Positions 37,392-47,405 of a stretch of DNA of 64,000 bases are shown here, one piece after another. A program made the translations under genes and the position numbers. How positions within the stretch are numbered: the stretch's first letter is position 1; each line of letters begins with the position of its first letter. Below the pieces are notes generated by a model. That model was not told the DNA's origin. It ran no database searches and saw only the letters and a program-made list of their open reading frames with translations. The DNA lies in the IMG/VR virus record IMGVR_UViG_3300024252_000004, positions 186,001 to 250,000 of that record. The stretch is one strand, 5' to 3'.

Positions 37392-37886
37392 ATGGGTAAA
37401 GATATCGAGCATTTCTATGCCAAGTATGGTGTGTCACAGGTAAGAGATCAGAGTTACATAGATGAGTTCAAAGAACTGCTGGAAGCAGTCTTCGCTGCCG
37501 AAGAGAAGATTCAGTTGATTGTGTTCAGAGGATACACTCCATCATTCAATGATGGTGACCCGTGCCGACATAGTTCTGGCATCTCCGTACTAACGACTGA
37601 TGGTCTGGAAGATGATGATGAGATCGTTTGGCCTGACGTGGAGGAGCACTACGATGATACGATAGAAGATGCCGTATTGCTTGACGAAGTGTTTGGAGTG
37701 AGGCTTGCTACGCCAGTCTCTTCTCACATTTTTGATTCAACAACAGCCATTAGCAAAAAGGTTGATAGAGTAATCTATGGCAATGATTTGGCGGATATAA
37801 TCTACGACACTAACTATCTTGTGAAGGTATATCGCACAGCGAATGGCATCACAATTGAGCATAAGGAGTATCACTGTGGCTGGTAA
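37392..37886 (+). CDS. hypothetical protein (GYTPSFNDGDPC family)
   Basis: tandem paralog of the next gene. Confidence 0.7.
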   Translation: MGKDIEHFYAKYGVSQVRDQSYIDEFKELLEAVFAAEEKIQLIVFRGYTPSFNDGDPCRHSSGISVLTTDGLEDDDEIVWPDVEEHYDDTIEDAVLLDEVFGVRLATPVSSHIFDSTTAISKKVDRVIYGNDLADIIYDTNYLVKVYRTANGITIEHKEYHCGW

Positions 37887-38397
37887 ATTTGACGAACTAT
37901 ATGACAAGTATGTGAAAAGCGAAGTTGTGAAGGAGCAGTTTAAGGCTGATCTTGACGAGCTATTGCTCGCGACCTTTGAGGCTTACCCTACCCTTCGGAT
38001 GATAATCTTTCAGGGTATGACCCCTGCTTGGCAGGATGGAGAAAGGTGTGAACATAGCGAGGAGATTATGCTCGTATGTGATGATGGCCTCTATGATAGC
38101 GGCTTTGCTTCGGATTACAGTTTCGATTCTAATGAGTTTACCGATAAGTACGGAGACAAGGCCGAGAGTATGATCGGGAAAGTTCTTAAGTTTCCTGGAG
38201 CAGAAACTGTCTATGTAGAACTTCCAGTTAATGTTGGACCACACCCTAAGAAGCTACCCAAAATGGAAAAGGTGAAACAAATCCTTAAGGCTCAACTTCT
38301 TACTACTTTGATCCATGACACTGATTATGTCTTAGCGATTACAAGAACAGAAGAAGGATACGACTCTAACGTTCAGGAATGCTGGGATGAATACTAA
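37843..38397 (+). CDS. hypothetical protein (GMTPAWQDGERC family; likely GTG start near 37876)
   Basis: tandem paralog. Confidence 0.7.
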   Translation: MASQLSIRSITVAGKFDELYDKYVKSEVVKEQFKADLDELLLATFEAYPTLRMIIFQGMTPAWQDGERCEHSEEIMLVCDDGLYDSGFASDYSFDSNEFTDKYGDKAESMIGKVLKFPGAETVYVELPVNVGPHPKKLPKMEKVKQILKAQLLTTLIHDTDYVLAITRTEEGYDSNVQECWDEY

Positions 38398-39004
38398 ACC
38401 ATATACATTCCTGGCGCTTGATAAGAGGCCAGTGAAGTATATAGAGCCGCCTACATGGGACTCTATTAAAGATCAACGTAGCTTTAAGTATGCCGCGTTG
38501 GATTTTGTAATGCGGAATAGTACGGAGCCTATCAGGGCCATTTTGAAGCAGATGCCTATCGAGGGTAATCATCGTTATGTCGTAGTGGATGTTAAGTTGC
38601 ACGACATAATTGAGGGACAGTTTCCATGTCTGCCGGGATGGCACATGGACTGTACCCTAAACCCTTGGCATGATACTAAGCCTGACGTTCACCATATCTA
38701 TGTGGTTGGCGCAGGATGCAGGACAAGATTTCTTGCAGAGGATTTCACCATGGAATTTCCTACTGTGATTCCTGCACAGGTTAAGACTCTTATGAACTCA
38801 GTTGAGCATAAGAGTTGGAAAGCAGAAGAGGCTCATGTATATCGCTATGATAGATTCGGACTCCACGCTCCGTCCGTCGCTGAGTCAACCGGAAAGAGGA
38901 TGCTCATTCGGGTGACAGAAACCGATCTTATCAGACCGAACAGACGATATTTTTCTAAATTTACCACAGGACGTTATAAGGGTACGAGCCGTAGCCGCAG
39001 ATAA
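38387..39004 (+). CDS. 2OG-Fe(II) oxygenase-like protein
   Basis: PGWHMD ... H ... R pattern. Confidence 0.65.
   Translation: MNTKPYTFLALDKRPVKYIEPPTWDSIKDQRSFKYAALDFVMRNSTEPIRAILKQMPIEGNHRYVVVDVKLHDIIEGQFPCLPGWHMDCTLNPWHDTKPDVHHIYVVGAGCRTRFLAEDFTMEFPTVIPAQVKTLMNSVEHKSWKAEEAHVYRYDRFGLHAPSVAESTGKRMLIRVTETDLIRPNRRYFSKFTTGRYKGTSRSRR
38951..38978 (+). promoter_or_regulatory. phage promoter motif (overlaps the 3' end of the upstream CDS)
   Basis: TTTTCTA-N15-GTTATA. Confidence 0.75.
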
Positions 39005-39375
39005 AAGCGGTCCCCGTCCCTTTGCAGTGAGTGATAAATGGAAAAGGTCACACTTTGGTATGAGATCGTGGATGGACAGGATGGTAGTGCTGAGCTTTTT
39101 TGGTATTTTGATCGCCCTAAGTGGCGCGAGTATCAGATGAACACTGGATCAGTAGAAACCTTTGTTGGTTCCGATATTCATAAAGAAGCTGCTTTTGGAT
39201 ACGATGATTAAATCTTCAGCCGAATGTAAAGGCTGAATGAAGACCGAGCAACACTATACATATAGCGGGACAATGCTTGGTCTTCTGGGAGAGGAACGAA
39301 GAGGTCGCTCTGCTAACTTGGCGGCTTAGCAGAGAGGGTGGGTCTCTTCATCAATTTGGATAAAGGAAGTGTGGC

Positions 39376-39744
39376 ATGGAGCTTGGAACAAATGTTCAGA
39401 ATGAACTTGGTGCAATCCAGTCACTGAATGCCAAAAATCAACTGACGATAGATAATCTTCGTGAGCTTTGGTCTCAAGTCTTCAGACTCAATTTGGGCAA
39501 AAATTCTAATATGACGTTCAGTCCGGAAGGTTGGAATCATATCACCATTCGTTTCTACAACTTCGGAATGGTCGTAAGTGCCAGAAAGGAACCAAAAAGA
39601 TGGAGCGCCGATTGGTTCTGTGGAGCCAGCGGAGAAACGTGTGGCTTCTATGTGAGAGAGGAATCCACTTTCGAAAAGCAGTATGGTTCGTTTGAAGATT
39701 GCACAGAAGTAATGGAACTCGTTCTACAGTTTCTACAAGAATAA
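39376..39744 (+). CDS. hypothetical protein
   Basis: AAGGA RBS. Confidence 0.55.
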   Translation: MELGTNVQNELGAIQSLNAKNQLTIDNLRELWSQVFRLNLGKNSNMTFSPEGWNHITIRFYNFGMVVSARKEPKRWSADWFCGASGETCGFYVREESTFEKQYGSFEDCTEVMELVLQFLQE

Positions 39745-39757
39745 AGTAGGTTAAGAT

Positions 39758-42037
39758 ATGTCTGACGCACTAGTTAATGCTCTCCTTGATAACTCAAAGG
39801 CTGGCAACCCACGGCACTATGCCGCTGTCATTAGAGCTACGGAATCTGAAGAGGTTGCCGTTCTAAAGGCTCAGCTTGACAATCTCAAAGAGCAGATGGA
39901 GAATGCCGCAGCTTCCAGTGAAATCTTTGGAAGCATTCGCAATGCCATTCTTGGCACTGGATATGCTCGCCGCAGAAAGGCGACGAAGGATGACCTGTTC
40001 GGCAGTCTTTCTGCTGCTCCTATGGCTGGAGCTAACACAACTATCATCGATATTGTGACCTATCAGACTGCATTCATTGGTTCGTTCTCTCGTATGATCT
40101 ATGAGGGTGCCGAACTTGTTTGCAATTCGAATATCATTTCCTTTGATCAGGCTAAGACTGATCTATCGGAACAGCTTGGAGAAGACTCTAAGGTGATCGG
40201 TAAGAGTAGGGCTGATGCTATCCTTGCTAAGCTGGGGAACGCAGAGAAGGATGCGCTACAGTCTCTTGCACTGGAGCAGCAGGTAAATGCCAGCGCAGTT
40301 ACTAACTTTATGACAGGAGTTAGAAGGCTTGGTCAGGCTCTAATGATGGGTGAGGACTACTGCGCAAACATGCTTAACAGCTTTGATGGTTACTACAACC
40401 GTCTTCGTCATCGTCACACCGAGGAAGGCATTGTCGTGCAGCCTTGGCATGGAATCCCATGTCCCGTCCTCACAGACGTGGCTATCAATGTCTGGGATAA
40501 TTTGGACCGTGCCGGAGAGATTGAAGGCGGAGCTTCTACTCGTGAAGAGATTGGAGTTTATACCGTTAGGCGAGCTAAGGCTATGATTGAAGCCTGTCAT
40601 TCTCTGAGGGTTATGTTTGCCAACGCTAATGACTTCTTTGCGATGGAGCTTGAAGATATCAGAGCTACTACCACTGCCCTGCGGTCTACTGTTGTAGCAC
40701 TTGATACGATTCTTGGCAACAGTGTCTGGAAGTATTCGCCTTACAAGTTCGATGCATACGCCAAAGAGCTTTCCGATGCTTATATCGACATGAATCTGCT
40801 CGACATCCCTCCCGAGGGAAGGACTAAGGAAGCACTGGATAAGTCTGAGACTTTCGCGCTTAAGCATAGGAATGATTGTATTGCAGATATTGCAGCAATG
40901 ATTGCCTCCGAGCGTCCCGTTGATGAGATTGTTGAGGTTGCACTAGAACTGAAGCTCGAAGAGAAGGCATTCCTTCTTGAAGAGAATAGTTTCTTTGTGT
41001 GCAAGATCGGAACGGGGAACTCCTTCCTTGGTGAAGCTCCCGGTGCTATCGAAGTGATGCCGGGAGAGAAGCCTACCGCAAACCTTGACAGGATTTGGGG
41101 CTCTGGCTTTGACGAAATGCGTCATTACATCGCAGGTCTTCATACTATCAAGAAGTGGGCTCCGCTATATCTCGCAACAAGTCCAAGCTTCAGTACGGAC
41201 AAGAGCAACGTTCTTCTTGTTGGACCACAGGGTTGTGGTAAGACTGAGCTTCTGAGGGCAGTTGGTGCAGACAATGGATCCATTTCCATCTTTGCTACTG
41301 GCTCTGACTTTCTGACCTGTTGGATGGGTGAGGCTCAGAAGAACCCAAAGCGTCTCTTCAATGAGGCACGAAAGCTTCAGAAGGCTTCTGGTCGTGATGT
41401 CAATATCCTTATTGATGAGATTGATCAGGTGCTTAAGAAGGGAGATGGAAGCTCCGGTAAGGTTGACCTGTCTCTTGAGTTCCAGAACCTAATGGATGGT
41501 GTGGTTGCATACCCTGGCATTAGAATCTGGGGAGCTACTAACTTCCCCGACCTGATTCCTACTCCTATGCTTCGACGCTTTGCTCGTGTTGAGATTGTCG
41601 GAGAAATGGATCAGGAAGATAGAGAGCAGACTCTCAGATACTACATCGGCAACTTTCTTCCCACTACTGAGGATTGTGAGGATAAGTACGAAGGTTGGGC
41701 CAGAGGTCTTGAAGGTGCGACTGGAGACATTCTTCGCAAGGTTGCAGACGATGTTTGGCGCGGAACCGTTCGCTCTCTGATTGATGTGAATGAGGATCTT
41801 GCAGAAGAGATTGTCACGTACCTTGTCGATACCTACGGAGAACGCTTCTCCGCTCAGGATCTTTCTGACGAGGATAGAGAACTTATCAAGGAAATGATGG
41901 GCGAGCACAAGGTAGGTCCCCTTGTCGTACAGTCCTGTATCACTAAGCTACTTGGCAATCAGGCAATCAAGGATCAGATTGCCGGTGCCAGCAATACTTA
42001 CGCTCTCGCCAGACAGATGAAGCGTAAGAGTCAGTAA
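39758..42037 (+). CDS. classical-clade AAA+ ATPase with long N-terminal helical region
   Basis: GPQGCGKT, pore loop WMGE, ILIDEID, GATN, RRF. Confidence 0.9.
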   Translation: MSDALVNALLDNSKAGNPRHYAAVIRATESEEVAVLKAQLDNLKEQMENAAASSEIFGSIRNAILGTGYARRRKATKDDLFGSLSAAPMAGANTTIIDIVTYQTAFIGSFSRMIYEGAELVCNSNIISFDQAKTDLSEQLGEDSKVIGKSRADAILAKLGNAEKDALQSLALEQQVNASAVTNFMTGVRRLGQALMMGEDYCANMLNSFDGYYNRLRHRHTEEGIVVQPWHGIPCPVLTDVAINVWDNLDRAGEIEGGASTREEIGVYTVRRAKAMIEACHSLRVMFANANDFFAMELEDIRATTTALRSTVVALDTILGNSVWKYSPYKFDAYAKELSDAYIDMNLLDIPPEGRTKEALDKSETFALKHRNDCIADIAAMIASERPVDEIVEVALELKLEEKAFLLEENSFFVCKIGTGNSFLGEAPGAIEVMPGEKPTANLDRIWGSGFDEMRHYIAGLHTIKKWAPLYLATSPSFSTDKSNVLLVGPQGCGKTELLRAVGADNGSISIFATGSDFLTCWMGEAQKNPKRLFNEARKLQKASGRDVNILIDEIDQVLKKGDGSSGKVDLSLEFQNLMDGVVAYPGIRIWGATNFPDLIPTPMLRRFARVEIVGEMDQEDREQTLRYYIGNFLPTTEDCEDKYEGWARGLEGATGDILRKVADDVWRGTVRSLIDVNEDLAEEIVTYLVDTYGERFSAQDLSDEDRELIKEMMGEHKVGPLVVQSCITKLLGNQAIKDQIAGASNTYALARQMKRKSQ

Positions 42038-42050
42038 AAGAGAGGCAATC

Positions 42051-43550
42051 ATGAATGAGCTAAGAACTTCTGCCGAGAACATCGGTGTGTATCGAGGATT
42101 CTATAATCGGCAGTACAATGGGGGCGGAAGGCTTGTAACTAGCGGCGCAGGATATACTGACCGTGAGAATGACGATGCGGTCATTAAGCTGATCACTGGC
42201 AACAAAAAGGCTGGTCCATTCGGAGAACTGTATCTGGAAAACCGAGCAAAGGTTATTCGCTATGGCGATACCTTTACGGTTCACACCCCTGGATTCTACA
42301 TCTATCGCAACATGCGCAAGAGAACTAAGGGAAAGTTTAACGTAATCCTCTTTACTCGGGTAGGTACATTCGACTCTTGGTCGATTTACGATAAGCTCGA
42401 TCGCTACGGTGATTCGTTTGCTGAGTTTGGAATCTTCGGAGAAAATGAACTATTTTCCGGTGAGGAATTCGAGAGATCCACACTTAAGTGTTGCATCCCT
42501 TACGGTGGTTATGGCACTCCGACGAGCCCGGTCCTCCTAGTTGCTGACATATACGGTCAGACGCTATACACTCAGTTGATGAGTAAGATTCTCGGAACGG
42601 AAAATGTCGAAGAGGCAGCCGAAGAGGTTGTCGATGAGATCAGGGTTGAGTCTGAGTATGCCTTGTTTAATGGGTACATTCCCGTCTTTGCTTCGAACAA
42701 TTCAGTTATCACTGTTAAAAGCGATGGCACAGTTGAGGACTTCAAGTTTCCTTACTCTCCAGATGCAGATCCGTCTAGTGTTGCAGGGAACATTAAGGAT
42801 GGCACAGCCTATTGGGGACGCAGAAGTATCATGAGGCACTGGAATTCCGATTATGATGACTATTCTCCTGCCGAGTTTATCTTCTACGATGAGTTCAAGA
42901 ATGAGATTGTTTGGTGCGATCAGGCACAGGAAGAGTTCGCTGCATTCTGTGATACAAACCAGAAGGTGATGAAGGCTTCCTTTGATGAAAGAACCGACAG
43001 ACTGCATGATGATCCGCTGAGGGATCTGTTTGTCGGATACCTTGAGGCGATGAGTCCTATTGCGTTTAAGGAGTACATGAATGATTACTTCAAGAAAAAG
43101 GGACTCCCTAATCTGGAAGTAACGGAAGTGTGGCCAGCCATGTGCTGCGGTGGAAAAACCGTACACGATTGGGACACAGGCCATAGTGAGTTTATGACCT
43201 CAAAGGATATGGGGTATTACATTGAGGTTGCTTATAACGGTAAGAAAATCATTGGTGGGAACTCCGGAACCTCTTTCTCCTGGCTTGCCGTAAAGCATCA
43301 GAGGGAGAAGGATAGGGTCAGACTGATTCACTCCAGTCGTTGTCAGCACATCTCTTCGTGGTCCAAGCATACAACTGATCAGGGTTACGCTCACTGGGAG
43401 ATTTCGGACTGGATTACTGGTCCGATGGCTGAAGAGTCCCGGCTTAAGATCGGAGATTGCCCTGCTGTCTTCATGGGTCGTGACTCTACTGGTAAGTCCA
43501 GAAAGAAGCTTGCGATGGAGACTCTGAGGGCAAGGATGGCGAATCTCTGA
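42051..43550 (+). CDS. hypothetical protein, paralog of 51599-53020, conserved C-terminal Cys
   Basis: YIPVF, TEVWP, RCQHISSWSK, DWITGP shared with the paralog. Confidence 0.8.
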   Translation: MNELRTSAENIGVYRGFYNRQYNGGGRLVTSGAGYTDRENDDAVIKLITGNKKAGPFGELYLENRAKVIRYGDTFTVHTPGFYIYRNMRKRTKGKFNVILFTRVGTFDSWSIYDKLDRYGDSFAEFGIFGENELFSGEEFERSTLKCCIPYGGYGTPTSPVLLVADIYGQTLYTQLMSKILGTENVEEAAEEVVDEIRVESEYALFNGYIPVFASNNSVITVKSDGTVEDFKFPYSPDADPSSVAGNIKDGTAYWGRRSIMRHWNSDYDDYSPAEFIFYDEFKNEIVWCDQAQEEFAAFCDTNQKVMKASFDERTDRLHDDPLRDLFVGYLEAMSPIAFKEYMNDYFKKKGLPNLEVTEVWPAMCCGGKTVHDWDTGHSEFMTSKDMGYYIEVAYNGKKIIGGNSGTSFSWLAVKHQREKDRVRLIHSSRCQHISSWSKHTTDQGYAHWEISDWITGPMAEESRLKIGDCPAVFMGRDSTGKSRKKLAMETLRARMANL

Positions 43551-43753
43551 TGACTAAGATCATTCTGCGATTTCCGAACGTTTCCAAAGAGGACCTGAAA
43601 AAGAAACTTGATCCTGCGGTTGAGAACTTCAATCTCTCCGCAGAGTATCAGGACGAAGAGGTTGCTATTGTTGGGCCGGAAAGAGCTATCAATGCTATCC
43701 AGCAGGCTTATCTAACTCAGAAGCTGATGAGTGATCTGGGAGTAAGGTTCTGA
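43550..43753 (+). CDS. hypothetical protein
   Basis: TGATG coupling. Confidence 0.6.
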   Translation: MTKIILRFPNVSKEDLKKKLDPAVENFNLSAEYQDEEVAIVGPERAINAIQQAYLTQKLMSDLGVRF

Positions 43754-43778
43754 TCCGATAAGGATCGTCCTTCAAACA

Positions 43779-44081
43779 ATGGGGTTCACGATGTATGGTG
43801 TCACTTTTGAATTCGCAGAGAAGGCAAAGCATTTTGTCTCCTACCAGTATGATAACTGCAAGATTTATATTCCAAGAAGCTATGTAGACGAACGATATAC
43901 GAAAATGGGCCTTCCGTATTTCTGGTCGTATAAAGATGACGGAAGCTTTAATATGAGTTGGTCGAATATGTCTCACGAATATATATGTTACGGAAAATTC
44001 TATTCCATTTTGAACGAAGATGAGAAGCTGGAATTTGCTTCAGATATTATGCCAGAACTAGAGAAACTTTGTAGACGTTAG
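43779..44081 (+). CDS. hypothetical protein (CxG...L..EE family)
   Basis: CYGKFYSILNEDEK. Confidence 0.55.
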   Translation: MGFTMYGVTFEFAEKAKHFVSYQYDNCKIYIPRSYVDERYTKMGLPYFWSYKDDGSFNMSWSNMSHEYICYGKFYSILNEDEKLEFASDIMPELEKLCRR

Positions 44082-44121
44082 GTGATCACGCAGGTTATCT
44101 TCCGTTGTTACTGAGGCAATA

Positions 44122-44730
44122 ATGTTTACTTCATACGGAAGACTAAGGTATGATCCTAAGTTTCGTAAAAGGTTTGATCCCTGGTGGGCGCTGCTTGAGT
44201 GCAACGACCATGACTATAACCTTTACAGGTGGCTAATCAAACAGAGAAGGTCCTACAAGATGCACTCTGCTGACTGGCTAAAAATGGTCGGACTGCCGGA
44301 GAGTGATAAGGTATGGACGGTTGATGTCCCTTACGGTCCAGTAGTGAGGCCAGCTTGGGGGACACATATCTCTGTTGTTAGAGGTGAGAAGCCTTCAAAC
44401 CCTGATGCTTGGAGAAAGTATCAGGGCAAGAGGTTTAAGTTCACTTACGATCCTGAGTATATAAACACTAACGGTAGACACTGGTGGTTCAGGACACATT
44501 GTCCTGAGCTTGAGGAAGTAAGAGTCGAGCTTGGCTTAACTCCTCAGCCAACATATGTTCATCGGTATACGAAGAGAACGAAGATCAATCACATGCATCT
44601 AACATTCGGGAAGAATGTAGAGACTCCTTCATACAAAGCCCTCAAGAAAAATGCGAGAGCAACCTCTCGAAAGGCTCCGAAGAAAACCCAGCCAGAAGTG
44701 GTTGTTCATCGGCGCAGGCGACGCAAGTAA
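44122..44730 (+). CDS. 2H phosphoesterase-family protein
   Basis: HISV and HLTF motifs; YDPEYI..N..HWW shared with 30329. Confidence 0.7.
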   Translation: MFTSYGRLRYDPKFRKRFDPWWALLECNDHDYNLYRWLIKQRRSYKMHSADWLKMVGLPESDKVWTVDVPYGPVVRPAWGTHISVVRGEKPSNPDAWRKYQGKRFKFTYDPEYINTNGRHWWFRTHCPELEEVRVELGLTPQPTYVHRYTKRTKINHMHLTFGKNVETPSYKALKKNARATSRKAPKKTQPEVVVHRRRRRK

Positions 44731-44735
44731 GGAAT

Positions 44736-44763
44736 TTTTCTAAATTTCCCCTAAGATGTTATA
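44736..44763 (+). promoter_or_regulatory. phage promoter motif
   Basis: TTTTCTA-N15-GTTATA. Confidence 0.78.
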
Positions 44764-44837
44764 GGAAAATGAGGGGGGGCACCATATCTTTGAGCCTTCT
44801 ATTGACCTACTAATATTCACCTTTCACATAGTGAGAG

Positions 44838-45506
44838 GTGAATGTGCCAAAAAAGAAATTCAGTTGTAAAAACTGTAATACGGTCACAGAAAGATATAGG
44901 AGCACGGTAAGAAATCCAGACAAAGTCTTTTGTTCTAAAGAATGTAAAGGCTCTTGGCAAAAAGGTAAGACTACCGGAAAGGATAATCCAAACTATCGCG
45001 GCGGACTACACTGCGAACAATCCTACTGCAAGTGTGGTTCTGAGAAAGACTATAGAAGTGAGCAGTGCATGAACTGTCGTTCTATCGTTTTCAATATGGA
45101 TCAAATCCTGTTGGCAATAGCGAATAGTAAGAGCTACAGTGAAGCTTCAGTCAATCTTGGAATGTCGCGAACATACCTAACGAAATATATCAAAGAGCAC
45201 AAATTAGATATAGCACACTTTAGGCCGGGAAGAAATAGGGAGATTCCTAACGAAGAGTTATTCTCAAAATCTTTTTCGAGAAGAAATAACACGGTTAAAA
45301 AAAGAATAACTAGAGATAAACTGCTTGTCAATTCCTGTTTGTGGTGTGGAATTACAGACACTTGGAATGACAAGCCTATAACATTAGAACTTGATCACAT
45401 CAATGGTGATCCTACTGATAATCGTATTGACAATTTGCGTTTACTGTGTCCTAATTGCCACAGCCAAACTCCCACGTCGAAAGGTAAAAACAGTAGAAAA
45501 AAATAG
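44838..45506 (+). CDS. free-standing HNH endonuclease
   Basis: LELDHINGDPTDNRIDNLRLLCPNCHSQT; AT-rich. Confidence 0.9.
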   Translation: MNVPKKKFSCKNCNTVTERYRSTVRNPDKVFCSKECKGSWQKGKTTGKDNPNYRGGLHCEQSYCKCGSEKDYRSEQCMNCRSIVFNMDQILLAIANSKSYSEASVNLGMSRTYLTKYIKEHKLDIAHFRPGRNREIPNEELFSKSFSRRNNTVKKRITRDKLLVNSCLWCGITDTWNDKPITLELDHINGDPTDNRIDNLRLLCPNCHSQTPTSKGKNSRKK

Positions 45507-45517
45507 GAGGTGCCGCT

Positions 45518-46167
45518 ATGTCAGGTCAGAAGACTTTTTTCACTTCTGACCTCCATTAGCTGGAGGTCACTTTTTTCATCACAATATAATTAAATATTCT
45601 AACAGACCTTATCGTGATTCGCATGGCGAGCCTGATGTGAATGCAATGAATGAGGGAATTGTTAATAACTGGAATGAAGTAGTTGGTCCTAAAGACCGAG
45701 TATTTATCCTGGGCGATGTAGCAATGGGCGGAATGTCTAAAGCTCCTTACCTCGCAGAATACCTGCGTCGTCTTAACGGTGACAAATATTTGGTTCCTGG
45801 CAACCATGATACTTACATTCTCAATAGCGAAGAATGTATGGAAGAGCTAACCTTGCTTCCTGCCGTTTACGAACTGAAGATTCCAGATGACACTCTTCCT
45901 AAGCGAAAGAATGGTCGTATGAAGCGTCAGACGATTGTTCTGTGTCACTACTCTATGAGAGTATGGCACAAAAATGGCAAGGGTGCTTGGCATCTATTCG
46001 GCCACAGTCATGGCAGCATGGATGGCATCGGACTATCTTTCGATGTTGGTTTCGACGGACCATACTCTAATCATCGCCCTATGAGTTATGAGCAGGTTCG
46101 CGACGTTATGAGTAACCGAGAAATGGCTCTACTTGATCATCACGGCGAACATACAAGCTACCATTAA
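45518..46167 (+). CDS. metallophosphoesterase interrupted by a 14-nt insertion (45557-45570); candidate translational bypass
   Basis: AGGAGG-ATG, MSGQKTFFTSDLH then TAG; resumes FFHHNIIKY...LGDV, GNHD, HY, GHSH in another frame. Confidence 0.8.
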
Positions 46168-46177
46168 GAGGTGTTCT

Positions 46178-47395
46178 ATGCAGTTCGAGGACTTCTGTAA
46201 AGCTCTCAACGAAAGCAAGTGGCGAGGCTGGATTCACGAAGTTGGATTCGGCCTCCCTTTGCAGGCTTCTTATCTCGATGTTCCTGGGGCTTCCGCTACC
46301 ATTATCAGTACAGGCTGTCTGTATGATAAAAGTGTGCAGGGTCTTGGGAGTATTCGTTCTGTAAGCAGAGAAGGCGCCACAAGGTTTGCTGCTGGCTTCA
46401 TGGAAGGTCAGTTGGGCAAGCTCCCTGAGTCTTATGAGGACCTGTTCAGCATCGCTGTGAGTGGGGCACACAAGACTGCTGAGAAGCGTGGTGATAGTCA
46501 TGCCTGGATCTCTCTCATTACTGTCTCCACCGGATTTGAGCTTGATGGAGAAGAATGGAATGTGCATGTAACCTTCGATAAGGATGAGTTCGAAGACAGA
46601 AAGGTTGCCGGTCAAGTGCTGGCACAAATCTGTCAAGACCTTATGTGTTCGGTCTTTAAGCTTGACGTTTGGACAGTCGATAGGTTCATCCGAAAGTATC
46701 GTGATGCTTCCGGCTTCTCTGTCGATGTTGTCAGTAATCATTTCCCTGGAAATTGCCTGACTCTTGAGCAGCAAATCTCTTTGGCAGGAACAGGTAAGCC
46801 TGTCTTCATCAGAGAAGGTAAGCTTGTTCGTCCGACTGACATTCTGAGAGAGAAGACCACAATCTACAGGGGTTCATTCAATCCTCCGACCAAATCTCAC
46901 GATGCTATTGGTGGCGATGCCATCTATGAAATCGTCATCTATAATGCTCGAAAGGGTATGGCCGACTTGGGAGACGTAGCACACAGAGTTAGAATGCTCA
47001 ACGCTATGGGCAAGACAGTTATGATCACCTACTCTGAGGCATTGTTTTCAGAGATTGATTTTGTCTTGAGAAGGATTGTTGACGCAAACTATAGTTATAT
47101 TGTTGGAGTTGATACTTTCAATGCAGTTGTAGACCCGAAGTGGTATGACTATTACCCTTACGAACTTGAAACTTTCAAGAACGGTAGTCGCTTTATCGTA
47201 GCTGGAAGAGACGATGCTCCGATCAAGAAAACTGTCATTGCGGAGTACATTCAATACGAAAGGCTAACCGGTGTTGAGTATGATCACGCCATTAGTTCTT
47301 CGAGAGTTAGAGGTGGAGAGAGCAATCTCTGTCCCGAATCAGTTCAGAAATACATTGCTGATAACAAGTTGATAAACTATCCCGCAAAGTCTTAG
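46178..47395 (+). CDS. NadD-like nucleotidyltransferase with CinA-like N-terminal region
   Basis: YRGSFNPPTKSH, VGVDT, ISSSRVR; N-terminal PGAS...Y...SVS pattern. Confidence 0.7.
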   Translation: MQFEDFCKALNESKWRGWIHEVGFGLPLQASYLDVPGASATIISTGCLYDKSVQGLGSIRSVSREGATRFAAGFMEGQLGKLPESYEDLFSIAVSGAHKTAEKRGDSHAWISLITVSTGFELDGEEWNVHVTFDKDEFEDRKVAGQVLAQICQDLMCSVFKLDVWTVDRFIRKYRDASGFSVDVVSNHFPGNCLTLEQQISLAGTGKPVFIREGKLVRPTDILREKTTIYRGSFNPPTKSHDAIGGDAIYEIVIYNARKGMADLGDVAHRVRMLNAMGKTVMITYSEALFSEIDFVLRRIVDANYSYIVGVDTFNAVVDPKWYDYYPYELETFKNGSRFIVAGRDDAPIKKTVIAEYIQYERLTGVEYDHAISSSRVRGGESNLCPESVQKYIADNKLINYPAKS

Positions 47396-47405
47396 GATTT
47401 TTCAA

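Noticed and set aside
44771-44784. GGGGGGGCACCA resembling a tRNA 3' end
   Set aside because: No T arm or complementary 5' strand upstream.
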